IMG/VR virus record: IMGVR_UViG_3300021255_000031
Direction: 5' to 3' (one strand)
From: a virus
Taxonomy: Duplodnaviria; Heunggongvirae; Uroviricota; Caudoviricetes
DNA length: 64,000 bases
This document shows, piece by piece, positions 1 to 7,721 of the stretch. Positions within the stretch are counted from its first letter, which is position 1. Each line of letters begins with the position of its first letter. The notes below the pieces were generated by a model. It was not told where the DNA came from, made no database searches, and saw nothing but the letters and a program-made list of their open reading frames with translations. Made by a program: the position numbers and the translations under genes.

Positions 1-363
1 AAGATAAAATGCCATATCTTTTTCAAAATTTTTTTCAAAGTCAGCAAGTGCATTGAAATTACATTGATGCGGTGCATTATTATATCGAAAAGCTAAACGA
101 TGCCGCCATGCTTCTTTATCGTGCGCGGGTACGAATACTTCAAAAGGGATATGTAAATCTCTTAACGCATTGATAACACATTGATGCGCCGAAATAAATA
201 CGGCTTTATTTGTGGTTAGCTCTAACTTGTGCGCGACTGCTATATAATTATATTCCCATCTATCAACTTTGGGAAAGTTAGAACTATCTAAATCAATAGT
301 TGTGTCGGGATGCGCTTTGCAATAAGTGGATTTTCCGCAACCTTGATAACCGCAATAAATCAT
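1..363 (-). CDS. P-loop NTPase/kinase-like protein (C-terminal part runs off window start)
   Basis: Translation from ATG at 363 gives MIYCGYQGCGKST... (Walker A GxxGxGKST); AAAGGAG SD 7 nt upstream; consensus promoter 392-419. Confidence 0.6.
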   Translation of the reverse strand, partial: MIYCGYQGCGKSTYCKAHPDTTIDLDSSNFPKVDRWEYNYIAVAHKLELTTNKAVFISAHQCVINALRDLHIPFEVFVPAHDKEAWRHRLAFRYNNAPHQCNFNALADFEKNFEKDMAFYL

Positions 364-391
364 TTGTGTTTCTCCTTTATTTGATATACTT

Positions 392-460
392 ATTATATCA
401 CAATAATTGCGATTGTCAAGTTAAAAGTGAGTTAAGACTAAACTGGATGTTAAACATCCA
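392..460 (-). promoter_or_regulatory. promoter (-10 392-397 ext TGTGATATAAT; -35 TTGACA 414-419) + palindrome core TGGATGTTAAACATCCA 444-460
   Basis: read on minus strand; drives P-loop gene. Confidence 0.7.
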
Positions 461-473
461 ATTTCCTTTTAAG

Positions 474-496
474 AAAAAGCCCGCCGTGTGGCGGGC
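474..496 (-). terminator. intrinsic terminator (GCCCGCC-ACAC-GGCGGGC + U5 on minus strand)
   Basis: directly after stop of 503..907. Confidence 0.7.
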
Positions 497-502
497 TTGG
501 GA

Positions 503-907
503 TTACTTCAAGCGATACACATTTGCCTTGCCCTTGGCTTCGGTCTTAACAAGCCCGGTTGCCATTTCACGAAGCAAGATGTTCTGAACCTTCTGCCAAT
601 TAAAGTCGGCGGGCAGTTCGGCTTTCGCGGCGTCATACAAGTCCTTGGCGGTGATGTCGGAAGCAAGATACTTGCGGAGGACAGGAGCAACCTTGGCAAC
701 GAGGTCGGCACGTGCCGCCGCGGTGGCTGCCTTGCGCTTTTCCTTGGCTTCGGGAGAGGAAGCGCGGGTAGCGGAGAGCTGGTCGATCATACCGCCGACA
801 ACATCAAGCGCGTCCTTAATCGCGTTCTGCTGGTCATCGGTGAAGCTGGAGAGGTCACAAGCGTTGATGGTCTGGGTAACGATAGTCAGGGCGTTCTTCT
901 TAGTCAT
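503..907 (-). CDS. hypothetical early protein, family A (paralog of 5937..6269)
   Basis: 134-aa ORF with own promoter (961-989), AGAAAGG SD, terminator 474-496; shares N-terminal MTKN..L..VT and LPADF motif with 5937..6269. Confidence 0.7.
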   Translation of the reverse strand: MTKKNALTIVTQTINACDLSSFTDDQQNAIKDALDVVGGMIDQLSATRASSPEAKEKRKAATAAARADLVAKVAPVLRKYLASDITAKDLYDAAKAELPADFNWQKVQNILLREMATGLVKTEAKGKANVYRLK

Positions 908-960
908 ACTTTTCTACCTTTCTGGTTTGTAAGGGTTTTCCTTCCCTTGATTACGCTATA

Positions 961-989
961 ATTATATCACAGATTTGTGAGTTTGTCAA
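961..989 (-). promoter_or_regulatory. promoter for 503..907 (TATAAT 961-966 with TGTGA ext; TTGACA 984-989; 17-nt spacer)
   Basis: innermost of three stacked promoters. Confidence 0.7.
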
Positions 990-1007
990 GTTAAGAATTT
1001 GTTAATT

Positions 1008-1094
1008 GATGGTGGGTTATCCCTTTTCGTTCCCCTACCATCATTGCCTACGGCAATTGTGGTGCTTATTGGGAATAGGCTTCTTGCTTTCAAC
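1008..1094 (-). ncRNA. candidate about 85-nt transcript from orphan promoter
   Basis: contains perfect hairpin AUUGCC-GUA-GGCAAU (1043-1057); no ORF. Confidence 0.25.
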
Positions 1095-1100
1095 GTAATT

Positions 1101-1129
1101 ATTATATCACGGATTTGGGATTTTGTCAA
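1101..1129 (-). promoter_or_regulatory. orphan consensus promoter (TATAAT 1101-1106; TTGACA 1124-1129), no ORF before next promoter
   Basis: TTGACA-N17-TGATATAAT on minus strand. Confidence 0.6.
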
Positions 1130-1130
1130 G

Positions 1131-1297
1131 TGTTTTCTTCGTTAAGTTCTTGAGAGAGTTTTGACGCTATGCGCAACTTGCATCTTAATTCCTCGTGCGT
1201 TCCGCTCTTACGAGTGCCGAAGCAGTACCGTCTATTGCTACTTCCAACCGTAGCCCCACACGCGACCAGTGGCTCAGAGGTTTTCTCCCTCAAGAAC
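1131..1297 (-). ncRNA. candidate about 165-nt structured transcript from orphan promoter (no ORF)
   Basis: 5-prime GUUCUUGAGGGAG pairs with 3-prime CUCUCUCAAGAAC; internal UUCG tetraloop hairpin; bounded by promoters at 1304-1332 and 1101-1129. Confidence 0.3.
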
Positions 1298-1303
1298 AAT
1301 ATC

Positions 1304-1383
1304 ATTATACCATCATACCCATAATATGTCAAGTTAAGAATTTGTTAAGCTGGACTGGGAAACTTGGATGTTTAACATCCAAA
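1304..1383 (-). promoter_or_regulatory. orphan promoter (TGGTATAAT 1304-1309; TTGACA 1327-1332) + palindrome 1365-1383
   Basis: no ORF in the about 170 nt downstream. Confidence 0.6.
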
Positions 1384-1398
1384 TTCCCGTAGGGGAAG

Positions 1399-1419
1399 GC
1401 GGGACGCTGGGCGTCCCGC
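1399..1419 (-). terminator. GC hairpin GCGGGACGC-CCA-GCGUCCCGC after 1426..2967 (no clean U-run)
   Basis: perfect 9-bp stem. Confidence 0.45.
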
Positions 1420-1425
1420 TTCGGT

Positions 1426-2967
1426 TTAGGAGAACATGATATGGAAAGCTTTTGTGATATTTTCAATTAACTTTTCGGTGTATTGACTGGTTACGATAAC
1501 CTTTGCTTTAGTGAATTGATAATCATTACGCATATACTGTTTATTATCGACATCGGTAATAAGGCAAGTATGGGGCTGGTCTATCTGTTTGAATAGCTCA
1601 CTGCAAGTTTCTACACTGCCGGAATTATCACTTAAAGCGTCACCATCAAACAGGAAGATATTATAATTATAACTGTCCTTTTTTTGAAGATTGTTGAAAA
1701 TCTCGGTTAGGTTTTTTGGCAAGTCGTTTCCACCAGTACAATGCATTTGTCGCTCTTTAACACTTTGGCAAGTTACAAAATCATAATTGATAAATGAAAC
1801 ACTCAAAGAGAAATTGGGATTTTTTCTCTCGACTTCGGACAAGAAAGCCAGTAAAGCATTTACAATACCTTCATTATTCCTAAAGCTGCCCGAACGGTCA
1901 AGGAACAAATTCAAACGGCAAGTTCCATATTTTGTGTTACCATTTGTCACGGCTGAACGCTCAAAGTATTTATAATCATCACGCACCACGGCGCGGGGAT
2001 TAAATACGCCGCTATAAGCATTAAAGCCAGAGCCGTTTGAGTTCTTTTTATTGAAATTAGAAATAAGTCGTTCAATAATATTTTCCGCGCCCGCCAACTG
2101 TTGCTTAGCGTTATCGTTAAGCATTTTATCAGCAGAAAGGGCTTGCTTTGCTATTTCGCGGACAATTGCGCGACCAAGGGCTTCACAAGTTGTATTTTCT
2201 TCACCACTTTCGACTTCTTCGGCTTCGCCTTCACTGGCTTCGGCTTCTTCTGTCTTTTCGGCTTCATCATTCTTTATAACATCATCAAAGCCTGTCGTAG
2301 CGGTTTTTTTATCGGCCTTGTCGCCTTTTTCGCCTTCGCCGCTTTTACTCTGCGGTGGGGTTTCTACCTTGCAAGCGTCGGGGTCACCCGCGATTTTCTT
2401 AAATAAAGTCCTTATATCGCTGACATAATTCCAAATTTTTTCATAATCAGTTAAGGCGCTAATATTATTATATTTGTTAATTATTCTTTTTACTTCTTCA
2501 ATATATCCTGCTTTACCATAGCGAAAACGCACAATATTGAAAAAGCGTTGAATGGGGTCAGTCGCGGCGGGGTCAAGCTGGCAAATATTACGGAGCTGCT
2601 GTTTGAAGTCAGTATCAAGGTAATAATCGCTAAGAAGGGTTTCAATGCGCTCATCTTCAAAGATATTGAAAGCAGTGCGCTGTTGCTCATTGTGTGCCAT
2701 TCTAAGTAAATCATTGGGGGTCAAAATAACGTGGCTGATTTCGTGATAGAGCATAGAACGAACAGCCGTTTCCGTATAGCTTTCATCCATTACCGCTTCC
2801 AGCCCTTTGGCAATAATAGGGTAGGAAATAACAATCTTGTTTTCCATAGGCGAATAATAGCTGGTGGGCGCTTCCGTATCAAGAGAAACAGGAACTTGCT
2901 TCCCGCAGTAGTAGCCGATGGGTAGGGTTTTCAAGATTGCGTCAATGGTGTTGATACTTACGAACAT
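1426..2967 (-). CDS. VWA-domain protein with HExxH metallopeptidase-like N-terminal domain (DUF2201-like), partner of MoxR ATPase
   Basis: HEISH motif; C-terminal MIDAS-like DRSGS..GGND..FDGDA; GAAGGGAGAA SD; promoter 2998-3026. Confidence 0.7.
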   Translation of the reverse strand: MFVSINTIDAILKTLPIGYYCGKQVPVSLDTEAPTSYYSPMENKIVISYPIIAKGLEAVMDESYTETAVRSMLYHEISHVILTPNDLLRMAHNEQQRTAFNIFEDERIETLLSDYYLDTDFKQQLRNICQLDPAATDPIQRFFNIVRFRYGKAGYIEEVKRIINKYNNISALTDYEKIWNYVSDIRTLFKKIAGDPDACKVETPPQSKSGEGEKGDKADKKTATTGFDDVIKNDEAEKTEEAEASEGEAEEVESGEENTTCEALGRAIVREIAKQALSADKMLNDNAKQQLAGAENIIERLISNFNKKNSNGSGFNAYSGVFNPRAVVRDDYKYFERSAVTNGNTKYGTCRLNLFLDRSGSFRNNEGIVNALLAFLSEVERKNPNFSLSVSFINYDFVTCQSVKERQMHCTGGNDLPKNLTEIFNNLQKKDSYNYNIFLFDGDALSDNSGSVETCSELFKQIDQPHTCLITDVDNKQYMRNDYQFTKAKVIVTSQYTEKLIENITKAFHIMFS

Positions 2968-2997
2968 TATTTTGTTCTCCCTTCATTTGATGATATA

Positions 2998-3078
2998 ATT
3001 ATAGCACCATACCCCTATATTGTCAAGTTAAGATTGTGTAAAGTTCGGCAGACGGGTATTTGGATGTTTAACATCCAA
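2998..3078 (-). promoter_or_regulatory. promoter (TATAAT 2998-3003; TTGACA 3021-3026) + palindrome 3060-3078
   Basis: drives VWA gene. Confidence 0.7.
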
Positions 3079-3090
3079 ATTCCATTTGTT

Positions 3091-3118
3091 AAAAAAATGT
3101 TGCGGGTTTAACCCGCAA
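3091..3118 (-). terminator. intrinsic terminator GUUGCGGGUUAAACCCGCAAC + U7
   Basis: overlaps stop of MoxR gene; palindrome starts 12 nt later. Confidence 0.75.
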
Positions 3119-4106
3119 CAAATTCACCAGTGATTGCGCCCGCAAGCTGTTCTGCGCTAAGCACAAACTCACGAATATCTTCGCACCTATCGACAAGCGG
3201 CTCGGGCAAGCCATAAGTTACACCGCCGAGGGTCAAGTTCATAGTACCGATGATTTCAAAACCATCATTGATATGGACTTCACGGTTTTTGTAGAAGAAG
3301 GACTTTTTGCCATCTACAATGCCCTGCAAGAAACGGAGACTATCAAAGGGAAGAAGGTTGATTTCATCAAGCACAATGGGCTTTCCCTGTTCCATACATT
3401 CCCAAAGCATAGAGGGGTTGAAGTCGGGCTTGCCGTCCTTGAAAATGAAGTTTTCCATCAAGTCGGCGGGAAGCATAGAAGAATTACATACGATACAGCG
3501 GTTATCCGTTTCGGACTGCGCGAGAGTGGTCTTGCCAGTGCCAGCAGAGCCATAATAAACCTTGAAGCGGTTATTGATTACCTGCGAAGGCGCGCCGTAT
3601 TCCTTAATCTTTTTGAGAAGTTCGGAAAATTCCTTACTACGAATTTTCTGCTCTACATCATTAGCAAAGGAAGAACCCGTCAGCGCGAAGTAATGGTTGA
3701 TATAGTTCTTTGCTTCGGTTTGGCTTTTTACTGCCTTTTGCGCGAGGGTGTTAGTGAAACGGAAGGAGGGCACGAAGTCAAACTCTGTAAAGAATTTCAG
3801 CAGTTCGCCCAGCCCTTCCAGCAGCTGCGCCTTTTTATCTACAGGAAGTTCTGCGGCGGCTTCCACTACATCGGCTACAGCTTCGACCTGTTCAGCAGTC
3901 AGCCAGCTCGGAAAGGTAATACGGCCATCAGCAATAGCATCTACTCTATTAAGAGTAGGGATGCAACGGCAAGTATTATACAGATTGACAGCTTCGTTAT
4001 ACTCGGGCGCGTAGGATGGAACGACAGTAACTTTGCCCTTATACTGAATAACGATAGGAGAACCCTTGCAAGAGCGAGAAATTGACAGGTCAGAAGATAC
4101 GAACAT
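3108..4106 (-). CDS. MoxR-like AAA+ ATPase
   Basis: Walker A GSAGTGKTT, Walker B IVLDEIN; 332 aa; promoter 4156-4184; terminator 3091-3118. Confidence 0.75.
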   Translation of the reverse strand: MFVSSDLSISRSCKGSPIVIQYKGKVTVVPSYAPEYNEAVNLYNTCRCIPTLNRVDAIADGRITFPSWLTAEQVEAVADVVEAAAELPVDKKAQLLEGLGELLKFFTEFDFVPSFRFTNTLAQKAVKSQTEAKNYINHYFALTGSSFANDVEQKIRSKEFSELLKKIKEYGAPSQVINNRFKVYYGSAGTGKTTLAQSETDNRCIVCNSSMLPADLMENFIFKDGKPDFNPSMLWECMEQGKPIVLDEINLLPFDSLRFLQGIVDGKKSFFYKNREVHINDGFEIIGTMNLTLGGVTYGLPEPLVDRCEDIREFVLSAEQLAGAITGEFVAG

Positions 4107-4155
4107 AGCGTTGCCTTTCTGGTTTGTTGTTGTTTTCCTTCAACTTTGTGATTAG

Positions 4156-4184
4156 ATTATATCATAAGGTGGGAAGTTTGTCAA
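4156..4184 (-). promoter_or_regulatory. promoter for MoxR gene (TGATATAAT 4156-4161; TTGACA 4179-4184)
   Basis: 17-nt spacer. Confidence 0.7.
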
Positions 4185-4242
4185 GTTAAGATTTTGTTAT
4201 CTTGGTTTCTTTCCTTGCTTCCGTCCCTCAATCAACAATAAC

Positions 4243-4322
4243 ATTATACCATGTAGGGGCATATATGTCAAGTTAAGATTGCGTTAAGTGGCGGAGAAGG
4301 AAGTTGGATGTTTAACATCCAA
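4243..4322 (-). promoter_or_regulatory. orphan promoter (TGGTATAAT 4243-4248; TTGACA 4266-4271) + palindrome 4304-4322
   Basis: about 50-nt transcribed spacer before next promoter. Confidence 0.6.
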
Positions 4323-4340
4323 ACTATGAAAAGGGGAGGA

Positions 4341-4673
4341 TTACTCCTCCTCCTCCTCTGCTTCGGCGATTGCTGCAATGCTGTTGAATAGGTCAAAGAT
4401 GTCATAGGTCTGCTGGTGTTCTGTTCTCTCACCCAACAGATAGTCTATCATCTCTTCGGGCGGAAGCGCCGTTACATCACCTTCATCCCATTCAAAGCCA
4501 TAGCTCTCTACATAGCCTTCGTTATTGTGATAGCTGCCGCTATGACAGATAATATCCCCAAGAGGAAAGGCAGGGAAGCGCCACTGATAGCCGTCGAAGC
4601 AAGGGGCTACGGTGTATTTGATGCCTGCTTCGTCAAGGAGATGATTAAAGTAATCACGAGTATCTTCAAACAT
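4341..4673 (-). CDS. hypothetical acidic protein (C-terminal EAEEEEE)
   Basis: 110-aa ORF, promoter 4725-4753, hairpin 4334-4350 at 3-prime end. Confidence 0.6.
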   Translation of the reverse strand: MFEDTRDYFNHLLDEAGIKYTVAPCFDGYQWRFPAFPLGDIICHSGSYHNNEGYVESYGFEWDEGDVTALPPEEMIDYLLGERTEHQQTYDIFDLFNSIAAIAEAEEEEE

Positions 4674-4724
4674 TTTTTTTGTTCCTCTCTGGTTTGTTTG
4701 TGTTTTCCTTCACTTGATGGTATA

Positions 4725-4753
4725 ATTATAACACATAAGTGGCTGTGTGTCAA
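4725..4753 (-). promoter_or_regulatory. promoter for 4341..4673 (TGTTATAAT 4725-4730; TTGACA 4748-4753), no palindrome
   Basis: 17-nt spacer. Confidence 0.65.
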
Positions 4754-4754
4754 G

Positions 4755-5033
4755 TTAAAACTGTGTAAAACCCAATTCGTAGAAAAAGTCTTGATCTACT
4801 CCATCGGGAATGCTACAATATAATTCATAAAATTCTTTATACTTCTTTTTAGTTTCTTCTTCATTTCGAGATTCAAAGTATAATTCTAAACCGAAATCAT
4901 CATAACCCCAAGCACTTAGACGAGTATAATATAAACCATTATAAAAGTTTAGATTTAATATAAGTTTAATTTGATGATTTGGATAACAGGGACACCAATT
5001 ATCTGTAACCTTTATCATTCGTTCAATAGTCAT
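4755..5033 (-). CDS. hypothetical protein
   Basis: 92 aa; SD AAAGGAGAA; promoter+palindrome 5064-5134. Confidence 0.6.
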   Translation of the reverse strand: MTIERMIKVTDNWCPCYPNHQIKLILNLNFYNGLYYTRLSAWGYDDFGLELYFESRNEEETKKKYKEFYELYCSIPDGVDQDFFYELGFTQF

Positions 5034-5063
5034 AATGTTAGTTCTCCTTTACTTTGTATATGT

Positions 5064-5134
5064 ATTATAACATCTTATACCATAAATGTCAAGTTAAGAT
5101 TTGATGAAGTGGTTATTGGATGTTAAACATCCAA
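5064..5134 (-). promoter_or_regulatory. promoter (TATAAT 5064-5069; TTGACA 5087-5092) + palindrome variant TTGGATGTTAAACATCCAA 5116-5134
   Basis: drives 4755..5033. Confidence 0.7.
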
Positions 5135-5140
5135 ATTTCT

Positions 5141-5160
5141 AAAAGGGCGATTACTCGCCC
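5141..5160 (-). terminator. terminator hairpin GGGCGA-GUAA-UCGCCC + U-run
   Basis: after 5151..5567. Confidence 0.6.
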
Positions 5161-5567
5161 TCCTGTTCGTGTATCATTCTGTCAAGTCCCTTTTTGTTAA
5201 GTTCCTTGATAGTTTTCTTCGCTTCGCGCTTGGCTTCACGCGCCTTGGCTGCTGCTTCCTTTTTCGCGGCGCTGGCTTCTTTCTTTGCTTGGGTTCTTTC
5301 GCAATCAAGTTTGTAATCTTCCGCGGCGGCGTAACCGTCATAATCGTCATAGCCGCCTTTGCCGTTACGAGTGCCACGAGGAATAGTAACTTTGATTAAC
5401 ACAAATTTATCATTCCCATCGGCATCTACTACAGGGATAGCAATTTCGCTGGCGCTTACTACGCAAATTTGCTTGTCAATGTCAAGGTCGTAATGTGCGG
5501 AGAGGGCTTCTTTAACGACTTGAAGTGCTTCAACGCGGAGGGCATTTTCCAAACTGGCTTTACTCAT
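5151..5567 (-). CDS. hypothetical protein with Lys/Ala/Glu-rich C-terminal tail
   Basis: 138 aa; promoter 5598-5625; terminator 5145-5160. Confidence 0.6.
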   Translation of the reverse strand: MSKASLENALRVEALQVVKEALSAHYDLDIDKQICVVSASEIAIPVVDADGNDKFVLIKVTIPRGTRNGKGGYDDYDGYAAAEDYKLDCERTQAKKEASAAKKEAAAKAREAKREAKKTIKELNKKGLDRMIHEQEGE

Positions 5568-5597
5568 ATCTTTGACTTCCTTTCTTTTGATAGTTCT

Positions 5598-5625
5598 ATT
5601 ATATCACAAATTTGAAAAATGTCAA
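5598..5625 (-). promoter_or_regulatory. promoter for 5151..5567 (TGTGATATAAT 5598-5603; TTGACA 5620-5625; 16-nt spacer)
   Basis: no palindrome. Confidence 0.6.
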
Positions 5626-5789
5626 GACTTTTTTATCTTTTCCTTTGTTAAAATTCCGTAAATTTGGAGGGCGAATGTTATAAGAAATATTACCTTAAAT
5701 TTTGTTTCTTCTGTAAAAGCCCAAAGTAAAAATGAAATAAAGCATACCAAAGCAAGCGCATGAAAAATCCCCCAAAGTATTTTTGCCAT
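5622..5789 (-). CDS. small membrane protein (2 predicted TM helices)
   Basis: Start moved to MAKILWG after AAAGGGGAAAAG SD; hydrophobic segments; promoter+palindrome 5822-5897. Confidence 0.55.
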   Translation of the reverse strand: MAKILWGIFHALALVCFISFLLWAFTEETKFKVIFLITFALQIYGILTKEKIKKS

Positions 5790-5821
5790 AACCGACTTTT
5801 CCCCTTTCATTTGATGTATAA

Positions 5822-5897
5822 ATTATACCAAAGTCGGTTTGTTTTGTCAAGTTAAGTTTCTGTTAAGTGAGATGGAATTTGGATGTTTAACATCCAA
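5822..5897 (-). promoter_or_regulatory. promoter (TGGTATAAT 5822-5827; TTGACA 5845-5850) + palindrome 5879-5897
   Basis: drives small membrane protein gene. Confidence 0.7.
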
Positions 5898-5905
5898 TTT
5901 TTGAT

Positions 5906-5931
5906 AAAAGGAAAGGGGACTTGCGTCCCCT
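5906..5931 (-). terminator. terminator hairpin AGGGGAC-GCAA-GUCCCCU + U-rich
   Basis: after 5937..6269. Confidence 0.6.
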
Positions 5932-5936
5932 TGTGC

Positions 5937-6269
5937 TTACGCCTTGGTGTACTGGTTCGGGCCCTTGGCGTTTTCAATCTTATTGACTTCGGAAGCCCAC
6001 ATTGCGCGGAGGGCGTACTGAAGCTTGGACTTGGTGAAGTCGGCGGGCAGACCCGTGCAAGCATCGAAAATCTCGGCAACGGTGCGCGGCGTGTCGTCAA
6101 TGACTGCCATTACAATGTCATGCGACTTGTCGTACAGCTCGCGGTTAGCGTTAGCCTTTTCTACATTCTTAGCCTGCTCCGCCACAAGCTCGGCGGTCGC
6201 ATCAGCCAGTTCGGGAATGTCGTGCGCGGTCAGGTAGGTTACAAGGGCGTTCAGAGTGTTCTTAGTCAT
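5937..6269 (-). CDS. hypothetical early protein, family A (paralog of 503..907)
   Basis: 110 aa; AGAAAGG leader; promoter 6320-6348; terminator 5914-5931. Confidence 0.65.
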   Translation of the reverse strand: MTKNTLNALVTYLTAHDIPELADATAELVAEQAKNVEKANANRELYDKSHDIVMAVIDDTPRTVAEIFDACTGLPADFTKSKLQYALRAMWASEVNKIENAKGPNQYTKA

Positions 6270-6319
6270 ATCAGTTGCCTTTCTGGTGTTAGGGATTTTC
6301 CTTTCCCTTTTGTGATTAT

Positions 6320-6348
6320 ATTATAGCACAGTTTGTGCGCTATGTCAA
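6320..6348 (-). promoter_or_regulatory. promoter for 5937..6269 (TGCTATAAT 6320-6325; TTGACA 6343-6348)
   Basis: 17-nt spacer. Confidence 0.65.
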
Positions 6349-6431
6349 GTTAAGAGTTTGTTATGTTGAGAGAGAATCATAAGAAATGTACGGCCGATTC
6401 TCATTTCACCCTATCCCCTCTCAACAATAAT

Positions 6432-6521
6432 AGTATATCATAGATTCGGGATTTTGTCAATAGTTTAGAGTGTTAAGATTCGGTTAAGTGCGCAGAATGA
6501 AATTGGATGTTTAACATCCAA
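6432..6521 (-). promoter_or_regulatory. orphan promoter (TGATATACT 6432-6437; TTGACA 6455-6460) + palindrome 6503-6521
   Basis: transcript 6361-6430 has self-complementary ends. Confidence 0.6.
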
Positions 6522-6550
6522 ACTTTTTTACGGAGACTGTTAAGTCTCCG
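6520..6550 (-). terminator. terminator hairpin CGGAGACU-UAAC-AGUCUCCG + U-run
   Basis: after 6540..7292. Confidence 0.65.
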
Positions 6551-7292
6551 TAAAGCGGTAGTTATCTTTATATATCGTTTTCTTTACATATTCTCCCTCA
6601 TGTATTACAATTCCATTAATACTTATCTGATAGGGGTGGGCGACAGGACGCGGAAGTATCTTAACAACTTTGTAATCTTTGCCCCATTCAAGTCCCATTT
6701 TGACACATTCTTGTAATATATGCGCTTCAATGTCTGCATCAAATACACCCATGTGCTGTTCCACAAAAGCAGGAGACTTAGTTAAAAATTGATAAACAGT
6801 CTCGGCATTACCACTATAATTGCCACTTTCAGTAAAGCGCATATTTGCTTCACAGAAGTCTTGATAGTCTTTTTGGCAAGTGATAACCTCGGACGCATAG
6901 CCCCATATATCATGTATTGCTACTGTATCAAAGGGGTTTTGTGTTTTGAACCAATCGCAATTATAGGCAAAAACTTTTTCGTCAAAGTCACTATTATAAG
7001 CATAAGCGTCAGTAATTTCATACCGTTTAATATCGCGTATCATTTCTTGCATAACATAGCCCCACTTTTCAAGTATTGCTTTGCGTGAGCGCATAAGCGG
7101 GATATAAAGCGGGCGCTTATCAACATAATATGCTGTTTGAAATAGGGGTAGGTTATGCCAAACTTGCTCGATGATAAAATGCTTTCGTTCTATTACTATT
7201 CCGCTATCATTTTCAAAAATAAGATAGCCAACATCATAGCAAAAGCACTTGGAGAGGTCGGTCGTTTCAGTATCAAATACCAACGAATACAT
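6540..7292 (-). CDS. DEDD-family 3-prime-5-prime exonuclease (DnaQ-like)
   Basis: FDTETTD Exo I motif near N-terminus, later H..D motifs; co-transcribed with 7345..7593 from promoter 7625-7653. Confidence 0.65.
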   Translation of the reverse strand: MYSLVFDTETTDLSKCFCYDVGYLIFENDSGIVIERKHFIIEQVWHNLPLFQTAYYVDKRPLYIPLMRSRKAILEKWGYVMQEMIRDIKRYEITDAYAYNSDFDEKVFAYNCDWFKTQNPFDTVAIHDIWGYASEVITCQKDYQDFCEANMRFTESGNYSGNAETVYQFLTKSPAFVEQHMGVFDADIEAHILQECVKMGLEWGKDYKVVKILPRPVAHPYQISINGIVIHEGEYVKKTIYKDNYRFTET

Positions 7293-7344
7293 AATAGTCC
7301 TTTCTGGTTTTAGAAGTTGTCCTTCTTCTTTAGTATGATTTTAT

Positions 7345-7593
7345 TTATTCATCATCAATTATTATATCTTTTTGCGGCAAAAGATAAAATTTTGGCATTT
7401 CTTCCTTGCTGTTTGCGGTGGTTTGATTTTTATCATAACCACGATAAATTATATTTTTATGCGCTTCTATCCAAGCTTCTGCCTTTTCTTTAGTAGTAAA
7501 GTACTTAAACATAGATATAAATCCACTTCCATTATAATCATACCAATAGTCATATAATTCTACCTGAAGAACATATACCGTTATTTTCATCAT
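7345..7593 (-). CDS. hypothetical protein
   Basis: 82 aa; first gene of a 2-gene unit; promoter+palindrome 7625-7705. Confidence 0.55.
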   Translation of the reverse strand: MMKITVYVLQVELYDYWYDYNGSGFISMFKYFTTKEKAEAWIEAHKNIIYRGYDKNQTTANSKEEMPKFYLLPQKDIIIDDE

Positions 7594-7624
7594 TATTTTA
7601 TTCTCCTTTGCTTTTGGTAATTTT

Positions 7625-7705
7625 ATTATATCATTAGTGGGGTACTATGTCAAGTTAAGATTGTATAAAGTACAGAAGAATGTGATTTGGATGTTTAACA
7701 TCCAA
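7625..7705 (-). promoter_or_regulatory. promoter (TGATATAAT 7625-7630; TTGACA 7648-7653) + palindrome 7687-7705
   Basis: drives 7345..7593 and 6540..7292. Confidence 0.7.
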
Positions 7706-7721
7706 AATATATATGGACGCT

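Noticed and set aside
488-961. Plus-strand ORFs across 1-17 kb (488..961, 645..932, 3273..4085, 5883..6326, 11529..11894, 14352..14651 and others)
   Set aside because: They are antisense shadows of minus-strand genes. They lack promoters and SDs and often begin MFNIQ, which is the translated palindrome GGATGTTTAACATCCAA.
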